Notes: a model not told the origin generated them from the letters alone. Counted from the first letter of the stretch, positions 20,269 to 29,693 are shown. The stretch: DNA of 64,000 nucleotides from Geopsychrobacteraceae bacterium (GCA_963662315.1 OY759353.1:3392001-3456000), one strand, 5' to 3'. Numbers and translations are program-made.

Positions 20269-21579
20269 ATGAACCGTTCCGCAGTTTCCCAAAGCCCCTT
20301 GGAAAAATACACCCGAGAAGAGATGGAGACTCTCTTTTCACGCTCGCAAAGACATTCGATTTTACTGCTCATCGTTATGATCAGCATGATTGCTCTCTCC
20401 ATTTACGGACTGATTCAAAAAGATTTTCTGCTTGATGGTGGCAGTTGGTCATTGTGGTGCTACATTGTCCCAGCCTTGATCATCTGGAAGAGAGTTACCC
20501 TGGTCAGGCATATCTTTGCGTGGAATAGCGTCCCATTGAGCGCTGCCGATCAGGAACTGTTCGGAACCATAGACAAGCAACACTTCACCTCTATGGTTAC
20601 AGAACTGCTTGAACCTCTAAAACAGAAGAAGAGGGAGGTCCCCAACGTTTATATCAACATCGATACTGAGTTAAATGCTTATGCGGTCAACTCGCTCATG
20701 TTTAATTTTATCGGTAAATTAAACGCCATTTATATTACTAGCGGTTTGATCAAACACCTGAGCCTTGTTGAAATCCGCGCTATTATGGCTCATGAAATCG
20801 CCCATTTTGAAAAGTATTCATCTCTGCTCAGCAGGGTCAATCTTATTGACACACTGTTCCTGGCTTTGCCACCGGTATATCTGTATTCCATTGTTTTTGA
20901 TCAACCGCAATCCTTGCTAGGCACTCTGTTCTGTCTGTTTTTCATCTACTTTATCTATTCCGTCCTTAATTTTATCCTCAGTCTGTTCAGCAATTATAAC
21001 GATAGGATCCTCGAACACCTTTCCGATTGTTATGCCGCCGAACGCTATGGCAAGCTCAATATGATCAATGCCCTGCTAGCCCTCGGAAAATCTTCGGAGC
21101 TATTGGAAAAAATCATCCGTCATGTCATTCATAAGCTCAAAGAGGATCCGCAGCTGCCACTGACCAGCCTTTTGGATATCAGTCTGTTTATGTATACGAA
21201 TCTCAATGAAAAGAACGACGCCAAAAAAAGAAAACTCAAATTACGCATCGACGCCTTGTGGAAGGCTTCGGAAATTAATGCCATGCGCTCGGAGGCAGCG
21301 TTGAGCCGTGCTGAACAAGAACAACGAAAAGAGGCTCTCAAGCAGATTGAAAAGGAGTTGGTGCAAACATTCAGCATGCATGACTGGACTCGGTTCGACA
21401 CCCATATCCAGGACCGTAAGATTGATGTCGATGAGTACTCGGGCTTCATCGAGGAATTGAGATCGAACCCTGATCGCCAGCTGTTCGCAACCATGGATGA
21501 TAATCAGGAACAGACCATGATTTCTACCCATCCCAGCTTTACTAAGAGGATTCTCTTTATTGCGGATAATTTGCCCTAA
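20269..21579 (+). CDS. M48 family membrane zinc metallopeptidase
   Basis: NAYA, HEIAH, EHLSDCYA, THPSFTKRI. Confidence 0.8.
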   Translation: MNRSAVSQSPLEKYTREEMETLFSRSQRHSILLLIVMISMIALSIYGLIQKDFLLDGGSWSLWCYIVPALIIWKRVTLVRHIFAWNSVPLSAADQELFGTIDKQHFTSMVTELLEPLKQKKREVPNVYINIDTELNAYAVNSLMFNFIGKLNAIYITSGLIKHLSLVEIRAIMAHEIAHFEKYSSLLSRVNLIDTLFLALPPVYLYSIVFDQPQSLLGTLFCLFFIYFIYSVLNFILSLFSNYNDRILEHLSDCYAAERYGKLNMINALLALGKSSELLEKIIRHVIHKLKEDPQLPLTSLLDISLFMYTNLNEKNDAKKRKLKLRIDALWKASEINAMRSEAALSRAEQEQRKEALKQIEKELVQTFSMHDWTRFDTHIQDRKIDVDEYSGFIEELRSNPDRQLFATMDDNQEQTMISTHPSFTKRILFIADNLP

Positions 21580-22027
21580 GTTTGTGCCCTAAGCAAATAT
21601 GTCCGGTACAGGTCATCCAGCGTGATCATGGCCGCAATTCGGCCAATTGGGGTCGTCCAACTTCTGAAATTAAACGCTCAGTGGGGGAGCAAAATGGCGA
21701 GCTAGTCATTGTCATATCGATATGACACTACTCGACTTGTCCCTTTTAGCCATTCCGTTTCGGCATGGCTAAAGTTCCCTTTTGTGCCATCTCCATTTGG
21801 AATAGCTCGTGTGAATTATCACCACTTGTCCTTTTGGACAGCAACTCATATAAATTAGTTGTTGCCCATTGCCAGGACACAAAAGTTTTCCGATTTATTG
21901 ATCTTTTTCGACATGGTCACCGCGAGTGATCAGCACTCTGAAGTACCGCGCTTGCGAAGGTAACCGATAGTGGCGCGTCCGGTAAAATCTAGAGAAAACA
22001 GAGCATTAAAAAGTATAGTCTGACATC

Positions 22028-22064
22028 GGGTGCTTCTCAGCAATGGGAATGCACCCATTTTTTT
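22028..22064 (+). terminator. Intrinsic terminator upstream of a small ORF
   Basis: GGGTGC-TTCTCA...TGGGAA-T-GCACCC hairpin followed by a T7 tract. Confidence 0.65.
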
Positions 22065-22171
22065 GTGTTTCCCTGATGGTTGCGTTCACGGCATGCCGGA
22101 CACTGCATCAGGTGGGACTTATTAAAATGGTACGTGAGAGAGAAGCAACATTTTTAGAGGAGAAAATCACC

Positions 22172-22318
22172 ATGACAACAGAAACAATGTCAGCAGCAGT
22201 CAAGCAGCCCGTAAAAACCACGACGACCTTAAGAGCATTGATCTACTCGACCTTTTTTCGGAATGTAAAAGCAGAGCAGCATCCCGGTTTTTATGGCCGA
22301 GCCAGTATGGGGCTGTAA
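22172..22318 (+). CDS. Small hypothetical protein (48 aa)
   Basis: Strong SD GAGGAG upstream of ATG; MTTETMSAAVKQPVK...GRASMGL. Confidence 0.5.
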   Translation: MTTETMSAAVKQPVKTTTTLRALIYSTFFRNVKAEQHPGFYGRASMGL

Positions 22319-22487
22319 TTCAATTAAGAATTGCTGATTTTGCCAGTATTGAGCAGCTCTGAATGGCAAACGTTTCTGATTTGGAAACGCGCAATTTTTT
22401 ACAAGATCTCGTTTTTACGCCGAATGAATGACCGGCGCAGGTCCCTCCGAACTTGCGGGAAAAAGCCGTTTCCAGACAGAAATGTCC

Positions 22488-23399
22488 TTAGTCCGATTCG
22501 TCCAAGGCATCCGCATTGGCACTTGCCGACAAACTCTCCACCAGCAGCAATGCCGGTACCGAAAGCTTCTGGAAATCCTTGGCACAGATCATAAACTTCC
22601 GGTGCGTCCAGGCATCTTTTACCGGTATGGTTACCAGCCCTTCGTAGGGTAGTGGTTCGCCGCGCGGGATCAGGGTTATCCCCAAGTGGTCAGAAACGGC
22701 CCGGCAGGCATTCTCGATACTCGAAACCTGAAAGCGGCATTTATAGGTTTTGCCGACCTTAATGGCCTCCTCTTCCAGGCGCTGTGAAACCAGACTGCCG
22801 GGGAACAGATCGACAATATCGTAATCAACGATATCCGCCGAAGTGACTATCTTACGACTGGCCAGCGGGTGTGAAGCTGGCACCAGCAGATCCAGATCAT
22901 CATGGCGGTAGGGTAGGACCTGCAGCTTATTATCACGATCGGCCTCCTCCCAGCAGACACCGATATCCGCTTCCCCTTTTTCGACTTCATCAACAACGTC
23001 AAAGGTGACTTTTTCGATAATTTCGACCTGAACCTGAGCATACAGGCGCATGAAGTGGCCAATGTCCTTGGCCAGCAGTTTCATGACCGAAGAGAAGGAC
23101 CCGCAGACCCGCACCTTACCGCGCACATCTTCACTGAAGGCGCTCAATTCCTTATGCATCTGCTCCATCAGCTCAAGGATCTCCTGAGCATATCGCCACA
23201 GGACCATCCCTGCCGGGGTCGGCTCCACGCCGCGTGAGCCACGCAGCAGCAGTGGGGTCCCAAGGTCGCGTTCCATGGTGCTGATCCGTTTGCTGATGGC
23301 CGAAGGAACAGTGGCCTGTTTGGCCGCCGCATGAGCAATGTTCTTCTCTTTGCAAACCGCACTGAAAAATTTGAGTGAGACCGTATCAAATAATTGCAT
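22488..23399 (-). CDS. LysR family transcriptional regulator
   Basis: N-terminal HTH (NIAHAA...PSAISKRISTMERDLG...PTPAG) plus substrate-binding domain. Confidence 0.92.
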   Translation of the reverse strand: MQLFDTVSLKFFSAVCKEKNIAHAAAKQATVPSAISKRISTMERDLGTPLLLRGSRGVEPTPAGMVLWRYAQEILELMEQMHKELSAFSEDVRGKVRVCGSFSSVMKLLAKDIGHFMRLYAQVQVEIIEKVTFDVVDEVEKGEADIGVCWEEADRDNKLQVLPYRHDDLDLLVPASHPLASRKIVTSADIVDYDIVDLFPGSLVSQRLEEEAIKVGKTYKCRFQVSSIENACRAVSDHLGITLIPRGEPLPYEGLVTIPVKDAWTHRKFMICAKDFQKLSVPALLLVESLSASANADALDESD

Positions 23400-23414
23400 C
23401 GATGTTAGCCTTTG

Positions 23415-23669
23415 TTATTTTTTAGCCTGCTTGCGTCCATGGGAAGTGCGCCGCTTAGCGCTTATGTTTCTGGTGGTTTCTGGCGCGGCAGCCTTTTGGG
23501 GAGGCATAAACAACAGGTAGCCCCCAAGTAGAGTGATAAGACTCCCGACAATCATAAGCCCCCAGCCCAGATTGATCAGCACCTCTTGCTGAATAAAGCG
23601 ATAACCATTGGGGATGCAGGGAACTCCGGAAAGCAGACAACCAATGGCCAACCTTTGCCGGGGAATCAT
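23415..23669 (-). CDS. Small membrane hypothetical protein (84 aa)
   Basis: AGGAGG before ATG at 23669; hydrophobic segments and basic tail; 15 nt upstream of LysR. Confidence 0.5.
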   Translation of the reverse strand: MIPRQRLAIGCLLSGVPCIPNGYRFIQQEVLINLGWGLMIVGSLITLLGGYLLFMPPQKAAAPETTRNISAKRRTSHGRKQAKK

Positions 23670-24117
23670 ATGACCTCCTGATACGGCTTCATGCAAAGCA
23701 CCTCGCATTTTCATGCCGGGAACCGGTGGTTGCCGCAAGATACAGCTAGCCTATCACCGGCACCCGGATGAACGGCAAAGCGAACGAAACAACAGTGTCT
23801 GGTCAGAATTTTTTAAACAGGGGAATTTATTGTGTTCTGTATACTCTACCGTTGATACTGCTCTTTTGAAAAGAATTTTTATAAATATTGCGGTTATTGG
23901 GTAATAATCTCTGGCCGCAGCCACAAGCGAATCAGCCCAAGGTGAAATTCTCCAAGACCTGCTCAATTTCCCGCCTCCAACAGCATCGTTAGCCTTGCCA
24001 TCCCATGTCCCTACAGATATCCAAAAATAAAAACATGTTCTAGGAGCCTGAAGCTTTATGAAAACCGTCTATACTTTAATGAGTTAACCTAAAGTCAATC
24101 GTTACAGGGAGGTATTT

Positions 24118-25410
24118 ATGGCCAACACTCAGGATCCCCAAATGCACAAAGACTCTCAGCCCGATCCGGCAGAAACCAATTCCTCTCCCTCCAGACGCTC
24201 ATTCCTTCGCAACGGGAGCATCGCCACCATGGCAGCGGCCATCGGCATGCAGATTCCTTTTGAAAAACTGCTGCCGGAAGGAGTGAACTTAGTCGGCCTG
24301 GCTCATGCCGCCGACATGAAGAAAATTGACGGCAAGATACCCGAGATGATCATCTTGAATGACAAACCCCTCAACGCAGAACCACCCCCGCATTTTCTCG
24401 ATGACAGCGTCACACCGTACGACAAGATGTTCGTGCGTAATAACGGGATTCCACCGGTCAAGGTCGATGCGGCAAGCTGGACGCTGACCATCGAAGGGGA
24501 ATCGGCCAAGAAATCGGTTTCTCTGTCGATTGCCGATCTGAAGAAGAAATTCAAGACCTACACCTACCAGATCCAGCTTGAGTGCGGCGGCAACGGCCGC
24601 TCCGAGTTCAACCCGCACGCCAAGGGGAACCAGTGGCGCGTCGGTGCCGTCTCCTGCGCCGAGTGGACCGGGGTGCGCTTGCGTGATGTGCTGGAATATG
24701 TCGGGATAAAAGAAGATGCCGTTTATATCGGCTATTATGGTGCTGATACTCACGTCAGCGGTGATCCTAAAAAAGTGGTCATTTCCCGCGGGGTACCCAT
24801 GTCGAAAGCTCTGGAGGACGAGTCCTTAATTGCCTGGGCCATGAACGGCGAAGATATTCCGCCGCTGCACGGATACCCATTGCGCCTGATTACCGGTGGC
24901 TGGCCAGCCTCCACCAGTGGCAAGTGGCTCAACCGCATCGTCATTCGCAACAAAGAACATGATGGTCCCAAGATGACCGGCATGTCCTACCGGGTCCCGG
25001 CCTATCCCGTCGCTCCTGGCACCAAGGTTCCCGAGAAGGATATGGCGGTTATTCAATCGATGCCGGTGAAATCGCTGATTACTTCACCACGTTCCGGTTC
25101 CCTGGCCACCTTAGGGCAGGAGCTGGAAGTGCGTGGTCATGCCTGGGCGGGGGACCTGGCGATTAAGGCCATGGATATCTCGATCGACTTTGGCAGCACC
25201 TGGCATTCCTGCGACCTCAAAGCACCACGCAACCGCCTGGCGTGGCAGGACTGGTCAGCCAAGGTCAGCTTCCCACAGGCCGGCTATTATGAAATCTGGG
25301 CGCGCGCGACTGACGAGAACGGCACCATGCAGCCGATGGTCGTTCCCGGCTGGAATCCGCGCGGTTACCTGAACAATGCTTGCCATCGGGTGGCAGTCAA
25401 AGCAATTTAG
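24118..25410 (+). CDS. Periplasmic sulfite dehydrogenase, Mo subunit (sulfite oxidase family, SorA/SorT-type)
   Basis: Tat motif SRRSFL, FVRNNG, LECGGNGR (Mo-ligand Cys), HGYPLRL, C-terminal WNPRGY. Confidence 0.88.
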   Translation: MANTQDPQMHKDSQPDPAETNSSPSRRSFLRNGSIATMAAAIGMQIPFEKLLPEGVNLVGLAHAADMKKIDGKIPEMIILNDKPLNAEPPPHFLDDSVTPYDKMFVRNNGIPPVKVDAASWTLTIEGESAKKSVSLSIADLKKKFKTYTYQIQLECGGNGRSEFNPHAKGNQWRVGAVSCAEWTGVRLRDVLEYVGIKEDAVYIGYYGADTHVSGDPKKVVISRGVPMSKALEDESLIAWAMNGEDIPPLHGYPLRLITGGWPASTSGKWLNRIVIRNKEHDGPKMTGMSYRVPAYPVAPGTKVPEKDMAVIQSMPVKSLITSPRSGSLATLGQELEVRGHAWAGDLAIKAMDISIDFGSTWHSCDLKAPRNRLAWQDWSAKVSFPQAGYYEIWARATDENGTMQPMVVPGWNPRGYLNNACHRVAVKAI

Positions 25411-25495
25411 CCTCCAACTTGAAATCTTGCCAGTAATTGATCGTTGCTATTTCTAGTTTCCTGATAGCAACAATCAAATGAGACGGGAGACTTAT

Positions 25496-25840
25496 ATGCA
25501 CGTAAAACACTTACTTATGCTACCGCTGCTGGTTTTCGTCATGCTCACGCCAGCCTGGGCAGCCGATCCGGAGGTGGACAAAGATACCGGGCTTATCATC
25601 GCCCCTGGCTTTGCCGAAGTGAAAGAAACCTGCACCGTTTGCCATTCCGCCATGCTGATCACCCAGAACAAGGCGGACCGGGACGGCTGGATCGATATGA
25701 TCCGCTGGATGCAGGACAAACAGGGGCTGCAGGAGCTGGAACCAAAACTGGAGAACACGATTCTCGACTACCTGGCAGAGCACTACGCCCCAACGGCCTC
25801 CTCACGCCGCCCGCCACTGCAGATTACTTTTCCTGAGTAA
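25496..25840 (+). CDS. Monoheme cytochrome c, SorB/SorU-type partner
   Basis: Signal peptide, CTVCH, W..MIRWMQ..QGL; directly downstream of the Mo subunit. Confidence 0.8.
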   Translation: MHVKHLLMLPLLVFVMLTPAWAADPEVDKDTGLIIAPGFAEVKETCTVCHSAMLITQNKADRDGWIDMIRWMQDKQGLQELEPKLENTILDYLAEHYAPTASSRRPPLQITFPE

Positions 25841-25845
25841 GAGAC

Positions 25846-25888
25846 AAAACCCCCGGTTACCTGAGCACAGGTGACCGGGGGTTCTTTT
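25846..25888 (+). terminator. Terminator of the sulfite dehydrogenase operon
   Basis: AACCCCCGGTTACCTG...CAGGTGACCGGGGGTT followed by CTTTT. Confidence 0.8.
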
Positions 25889-25926
25889 AGATTTCCAAAG
25901 ATAAAATAAATATTAGCTAATAATTC

Positions 25927-26045
25927 TTGAAACAAAGTATCATTTCATGTAATTTTTAACAGTTCCCATTTTTAGAGAAATGAAAAGCCATGCGTTTGTT
26001 GGAGATTTTAAGAAGTCTACAAGCCGTGGCTTTTTGTGTTTTTCG
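25927..26045 (+). ncRNA. Candidate small RNA/leader, copy 1 (promoter + hairpin + U tract)
   Basis: TTGAAA-17-TAATTT promoter; AAAAGCCATGCGTTTG...CAAGCCGTGGCTTTT hairpin; homolog at 44605. Confidence 0.45.
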
Positions 26046-26199
26046 ATCTTTTCGGAATGCAGTGTTTGCTGTTTTATTATTTTATTTAAAATTGTAAGCT
26101 TTCGTAATTATTGAATTTATTATGCAGATGGTTAACTTGCCGTATTATTTTACGACTTTTAGGTCGTCTAATCCTAAGTTAGCAGGTCAAATGAAATAA

Positions 26200-26472
26200 A
26201 TGAATAACTCTGACCTTGAAAACATATTCGACAGAATTAAACGATTATCAAAAAAAATCGATCGAATTGATTTATGCACTCAAGGTTGGGATTGCACGCT
26301 TTCAGACGGCAGGCAAGCTACATACATTATCAATAATATTAAAGATTTAAAGCAAATCGAAGATGAGTTAACCACCTTATTTATATGGACTTGGAGCTTT
26401 AAGGATTACGTGAAAGAGTATCTAATAGCAAACAACATCAATCCAAAAAAAATCGAATCATATATTGATGAA
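26200..26472 (+). pseudogene. AT-rich cassette-like gene truncated by IS4
   Basis: 91 codons run directly into the IS4 left end; GTTAGCAG core-site-like motif at 26178. Confidence 0.65.
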
Positions 26473-27793
26473 CACTGCTGTCCGGTTAATAGCTGAATAA
26501 ATCCAGCTGGTTACTATCAGGGAGATCTTGAATTTGCTTGAGAGCATCAGCAACCAGTGAAGAAATGGGCTTTTTCTCAAACAAATTGACCTCCAGGATC
26601 TGTAAAAAAGTGTAGAGCTCACACGGGATTTTGAGCTTTTTCTTCGCAATAACAACCAGAAGGTAAATGCACAGCGCTACCCATATCTGGCTCTTTACGC
26701 CGTTGATCGATGTCCCGTAAAACGATTTGATCCGCAGGTGCTGCTTAACCCATTTGAAAAACAGCTCTACCTGCCAGCGCTGCTTATAGACTTCGGCAAC
26801 TGTAGCTGCTGAAATCGTAAAATTGTTGGTCAAAAAGACCAGGTGTTTATTTCGATCTTTGTCAACATAACTGACCCGGCGGAACTTTTCCGGATAGTCC
26901 TTTTTCGATTTGGGAGTGACTAGGACAATCGTCTGGTCAGCTTTGATTCCGGCTGACTTGTCTTTGTCTGCGGAATAAAGTCGCCTGTAACGCAAATTGT
27001 CTTTTGCCCTGATGACGAAGAAACCTCCTTGTTGATGCAGCGCATAGAGTCGCGAGAAGTCGGTATAGGCCTTGTCCATGGTGTAAATGGCATTCTCTGT
27101 TACCGGCAGAGAATCCAACATTCGGACATCATGTACTTTGCCTGTTGTGACGGCGACATAGGTCGGAATGGTTCCTCGCAGATCAAGCAGAGTATGCATT
27201 TTAACCGCGGACTTCGTCGTTTTGTATTCTGCCCATGGGAATAGAGACAGGCACAGATCAATGGTCGTTGAATCAAAAGCATACAGTGGCTGGCCAAGTT
27301 CAAGGGCAAATGGTTCGTCACAGTAAAGTTGCTGCGCCATGTGTATTAGAATATGGCCGAAGTCCTGAAAGATGCGCCAGTCCCTGCGCTCACTGGCATC
27401 TGCCAGAGTTGAGCGGGACACGGAACCGCGAAAGCCGATGTGGTAAAGCTTCTCTCGGTGAGAGTTCAAGCAGGTTTCGATATCTCGCAAGCTTTCACGG
27501 CTGGCCATTTGGGCATAAGCGAGGCACAGAAATTGATCGAATGTCGAAAACTTTCTGGCTCTGTAATCGCCCCGATAACGGTGAACGCACAAATTGAAAT
27601 CGTGACGTGGCAGAAACTGCAGCAGTTGCCTGAAAACGGTTTGGCCTGAATTCATCGATACCTCCTGCGATAATGGATGGTATCTCCCCATATTCATGGG
27701 GCGAATTCAAATCGAAAACGGAACAGTTATGTCAAAGAACAATTATTATCAGTAACTTACAGCACTATCCGACTTTTTAACCGGACAGTAGTG
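26473..27793 (-). mobile_element. IS4-family insertion sequence
   Basis: 17-bp terminal inverted repeats CACTGCTGTCCGGTTAA / TTAACCGGACAGTAGTG (1 mismatch) around the transposase. Confidence 0.88.
26486..27655 (-). CDS. IS4-family DDE transposase (DUF4372-like N-terminus)
   Basis: FDSTTIDL, MDKAY, YKQRWQVELFFKWVKQHL (YREK motif); GGAGG SD. Confidence 0.92.
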   Translation of the reverse strand: MNSGQTVFRQLLQFLPRHDFNLCVHRYRGDYRARKFSTFDQFLCLAYAQMASRESLRDIETCLNSHREKLYHIGFRGSVSRSTLADASERRDWRIFQDFGHILIHMAQQLYCDEPFALELGQPLYAFDSTTIDLCLSLFPWAEYKTTKSAVKMHTLLDLRGTIPTYVAVTTGKVHDVRMLDSLPVTENAIYTMDKAYTDFSRLYALHQQGGFFVIRAKDNLRYRRLYSADKDKSAGIKADQTIVLVTPKSKKDYPEKFRRVSYVDKDRNKHLVFLTNNFTISAATVAEVYKQRWQVELFFKWVKQHLRIKSFYGTSINGVKSQIWVALCIYLLVVIAKKKLKIPCELYTFLQILEVNLFEKKPISSLVADALKQIQDLPDSNQLDLFSY

Positions 27794-27800
27794 ATTACAT

Positions 27801-28061
27801 ATGAGTAATTTGCGCTCGAGAAAAGTCGCCTCTGGCAGTGTTAGATCATTAGTACTTTATATCGGTGAAATGCACCCAGATGTGAAGCTAGATACAACAT
27901 CTACTGGGTATTACAACTTGTACTCATTAATCCAGATTATAGGTAAAGCTTGTGGTGCGTGGTTTCTAACATATGACTCAGAAAGAGAGAAAATACACTC
28001 TTTTGTAGAGAGGTATGACTTGATTGTGTCAGATGCGAGACTTCTAAATATTGAGTACTAA
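27801..28061 (+). pseudogene. 3' remnant of a cassette gene
   Basis: AT-rich ORF beginning at the IS4 right end and ending just before an attC site. Confidence 0.5.
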
Positions 28062-28070
28062 AATTAAAGC

Positions 28071-28140
28071 TGCTGACAATTCGCTCCACCCGATTCGTCA
28101 CCGCTACGCGGCTCCTCTCGGGTGAGCTTGGTCGTTAGGC
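28071..28140 (+). other. Integron attC recombination site
   Basis: TGCTGAC (degenerate R''), GCTCCACCCGA / TCGGGTGAGC (L''/L' with one extra base), GTTAGGC (R'). Confidence 0.75.
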
Positions 28141-28169
28141 GCAAGAAAAGGAAATAGTATGTCTGATGG

Positions 28170-28913
28170 GGAGTTCCGGGGACAGTATATAGATCTTTGA
28201 CAAAGACTTGTTTCCTGATAGTCTTTTTCTTATGGCAAGAATAGCACGAGTTATTGCACCGGGCTTGCCCCATCATGTAACGCAACGGGGCAACCGGCGG
28301 CAGACGACATTTTTTTGCGATGAGGATTTTCAGATTTATATCGATCTGATGGCTCATTGGTGTGCCAAGTATCATGTGGATATCTGGGCTTGGTGCCTCA
28401 TGCCAAACCATGTTCATTTAATTGCGGTGCCAACAGATGAAGCCGGCCTGGCGCGTGCGATTGGTGAAGCGCATAGACGCTATACCCGACATATCAATTT
28501 CCGCCATGATTGGCGGGGTCATCTGTGGCAAGAACGTTTTGCTTCTTTCCCTATGGATGAAGCCTATCTGCTTGCCGCTGCGCGTTATATAGAAATGAAC
28601 CCTGTCGCTGCAAACCTGGTCTCTGACCCTGGGCAGTACCCCTGGAGTAGTGCGAACGCGCACCTCAATGACCTGGATGATGGTCTGGTGAACCGCGCTC
28701 CACTATTGGATCTGGTTTCAGACTGGCAAAGTTTCCTAAAGTTAAGTAACGAAGAAGAACTGGAGATTTTGCATAAACATGAGAAAACAGGGCGACCACT
28801 TGGGAATTTGTCATTTGTTGAAAGTATCGAAGTTCTATTAGCACGGACATTGCGGCCTCTGCCACCAGGCCCTAAAAAGAATGATTAGTTCTATATACTG
28901 TCCCCGGAACTCC
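28170..28913 (+). mobile_element. RAYT element bounded by perfect 24-bp inverted repeats
   Basis: GGAGTTCCGGGGACAGTATATAGA (28170-28193) and its exact reverse complement (28890-28913). Confidence 0.8.
28232..28888 (+). CDS. REP-associated tyrosine transposase (Y1 HUH, RAYT/TnpA-REP)
   Basis: PHHVTQRGNRRQ, CLMPNHVHL (HUH), LWQERF, RYIEMNPV, YPWSS. Confidence 0.9.
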   Translation: MARIARVIAPGLPHHVTQRGNRRQTTFFCDEDFQIYIDLMAHWCAKYHVDIWAWCLMPNHVHLIAVPTDEAGLARAIGEAHRRYTRHINFRHDWRGHLWQERFASFPMDEAYLLAAARYIEMNPVAANLVSDPGQYPWSSANAHLNDLDDGLVNRAPLLDLVSDWQSFLKLSNEEELEILHKHEKTGRPLGNLSFVESIEVLLARTLRPLPPGPKKND

Positions 28914-28987
28914 TGTCAGGGCGTTAGTTGGTGCGAAATGCCGTGGGATGATCGGTATTCGTTTTTAAATCCATTATCCATCAATAA

Positions 28988-29271
28988 TGCGGTTCTGGCC
29001 ATTAGGTGCGCATTGCGCCGTCGGCCGGTAGGTTAGATGCTGGATGCTCCTTTGGAGAGACGAAGCCCAAGTACGGACCCTTTAAAAAAGGGCGTTTTGT
29101 GCTTACTATTTGTCGCCCGCCTGGGACAAATAGTAAGGCGTCGTGCGGGGCGCAACCCCGCGACTTTGCTTGTTTTATTTCAATCAAAAAAGACAACACC
29201 GCCGGGTCCCGGCCCGGCGGCCGGATTCATTTTTTCCAGCGATGAAAAAACGAATCAAAAAAATCTTTTAA
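28988..29271. repeat. Hairpin-rich dispersed repeat, copy A (partial unit)
   Basis: Near-identical to the units at 30936 and 31360. Confidence 0.9.
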
Positions 29272-29306
29272 AAAACTAGGTAAACTCCCCCTTTTCTAAA
29301 ACACGC

Positions 29307-29693
29307 CTATGAAACCAGAAGACCTCTGCTCTGAAAAACTTCTTTTGCTACAAACATAGCGTTCAGGGCCGCTGGAAATCCTGCATATACTGCCATCTGA
29401 ATAATGACCTCCACGATCTCCTCCGGTTGGCAGCCGACGTTAAGGGCACCATTAATATGCACATTTAACTGTGGCAGGCAGTTTCCTAAAGCGGTCAGTG
29501 CCGCAACGGTTGCTATTTCACGGCTTTTCAAATCTAAACCGGGGCGTTGGTAAATATCCCCAAAAGGAAATTCAATCGTGTATTTGGCTAAATCCGGAGC
29601 GATTGAGGCCAGACTCTCTATGACCTTTTTCCCTGCCTCACCATCAATCTCTTCCAGTTTTTTCAAACCGGCTGCAAATCTACTCTCATTCAT
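29307..29693 (-). CDS. Carboxymuconolactone decarboxylase (CMD/AhpD-like) family protein
   Basis: FGDIYQRPGLDLKSREIATVAAL, QLNVHI, YAGFPAALNA. Confidence 0.88.
   Translation of the reverse strand: MNESRFAAGLKKLEEIDGEAGKKVIESLASIAPDLAKYTIEFPFGDIYQRPGLDLKSREIATVAALTALGNCLPQLNVHINGALNVGCQPEEIVEVIIQMAVYAGFPAALNAMFVAKEVFQSRGLLVS

Noticed and set aside
21930..22005. Glycine or SAH riboswitch
   Set aside because: CTCTG...CAGAG is present but the GGAGA/CCGAAG/CTCAGG and SAH cores are not; kept only as an unknown leader
25840..26200. Integron integrase or a definite attI site
   Set aside because: No tyrosine recombinase ORF here or elsewhere in the window; only a GTTAGCA core-like motif
29110..29130. 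GCCCGCCTGGG resembles the 3' end of the ZTP riboswitch
   Set aside because: It is the loop of a repeat hairpin; the 5' aptamer half and suitable downstream genes are missing
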